A DNA stretch of 63,961 bases, the filler included, from Trichomonas gallinae (Eukaryota), in NCBI GenBank assembly GCA_008369845.1. It is 4 parts of 4 records of this genome, joined end to end, with 100 filler letters (N's around TTAATTAATTAA, not from the genome) between each part and the next. Parts side by side here need not be neighbours in the genome. Positions count along the whole stretch, not along the records: positions 62,871 to 63,961 come from MRSU01001150.1; 3 more parts are not named here. One strand, written 5' to 3'. Below, one piece after another: positions 63,829-63,961 of the stretch. Both the position numbers and the translations under genes were made by a program. The notes below the pieces were generated by a model. It had not been told where the DNA came from, did not search any database, and worked only from the letters and a program-made list of their open reading frames with translations. Every line of letters starts with the position of its first letter. Position 1 is the stretch's first letter.

Positions 63829-63920
63829 CGAGCGAGGAATAACCTTATCGCCTCGCTCGCTGTAAACATCTCAAAATTCTTTCAATTTAGCGAGGAATAA
63901 CCTTATCGCCCTCGCTCGCT
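63829..63920. repeat. Two copies of a palindromic ~31-bp unit (AGCGAGGAATAACCTTATCGCC(C)TCGCTCGCT)
   Basis: Copies at 63829-63861 and 63889-63920, each with a GCGAGG/CCTCGC stem. Degenerate pieces at 63615-63675. Confidence 0.85.
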
Positions 63921-63961
63921 CTCGAAGTCGACAAAAAATATGCTTTCTCGGGCCCATGTTT

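Noticed and set aside
1..63961. Spliceosomal introns, tRNA or rRNA genes
   Set aside because: No ACTAACACACAG-type intron end and no recognisable tRNA/rRNA seen by eye; a dedicated scan was not possible.

Overview
AT-rich, gene-dense, apparently intronless eukaryotic DNA from a Trichomonas-like parabasalid. Clues: hydrogenosomal-type IscU, DUF3447/ankyrin protein, TKL kinase, TM-PAS-cyclase, TCAYTTT initiators just before ATGs. It comprises four contigs joined by artificial N44-TTAATTAATTAA-N44 spacers. About 22 protein genes are supported, including Mre11, RMI1, IscU, prenyltransferase alpha, a PMT-family glycosyltransferase, LRR-PP2C, and Furry-like, neurochondrin-like and exportin-like proteins. 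Two coding pieces are absent from the ORF track in their true frame: an RPL3 C-terminus and a nitroreductase pseudogene. Most notable: (i) a DPD-like flavo-Fe-S protein with intact electron-transfer modules but a degenerate pyrimidine barrel; (ii) a prokaryote-type ThiI next to the nitroreductase relic; (iii) a cyclase lacking both catalytic Asp but keeping Asn/Arg; (iv) a recurrent TTTGnCATGTAAA upstream motif, with an 8-copy ~21-bp-periodic array; (v) several structured intergenic elements, one containing a hammerhead-like core. All family calls come from motif recall, not database searches.
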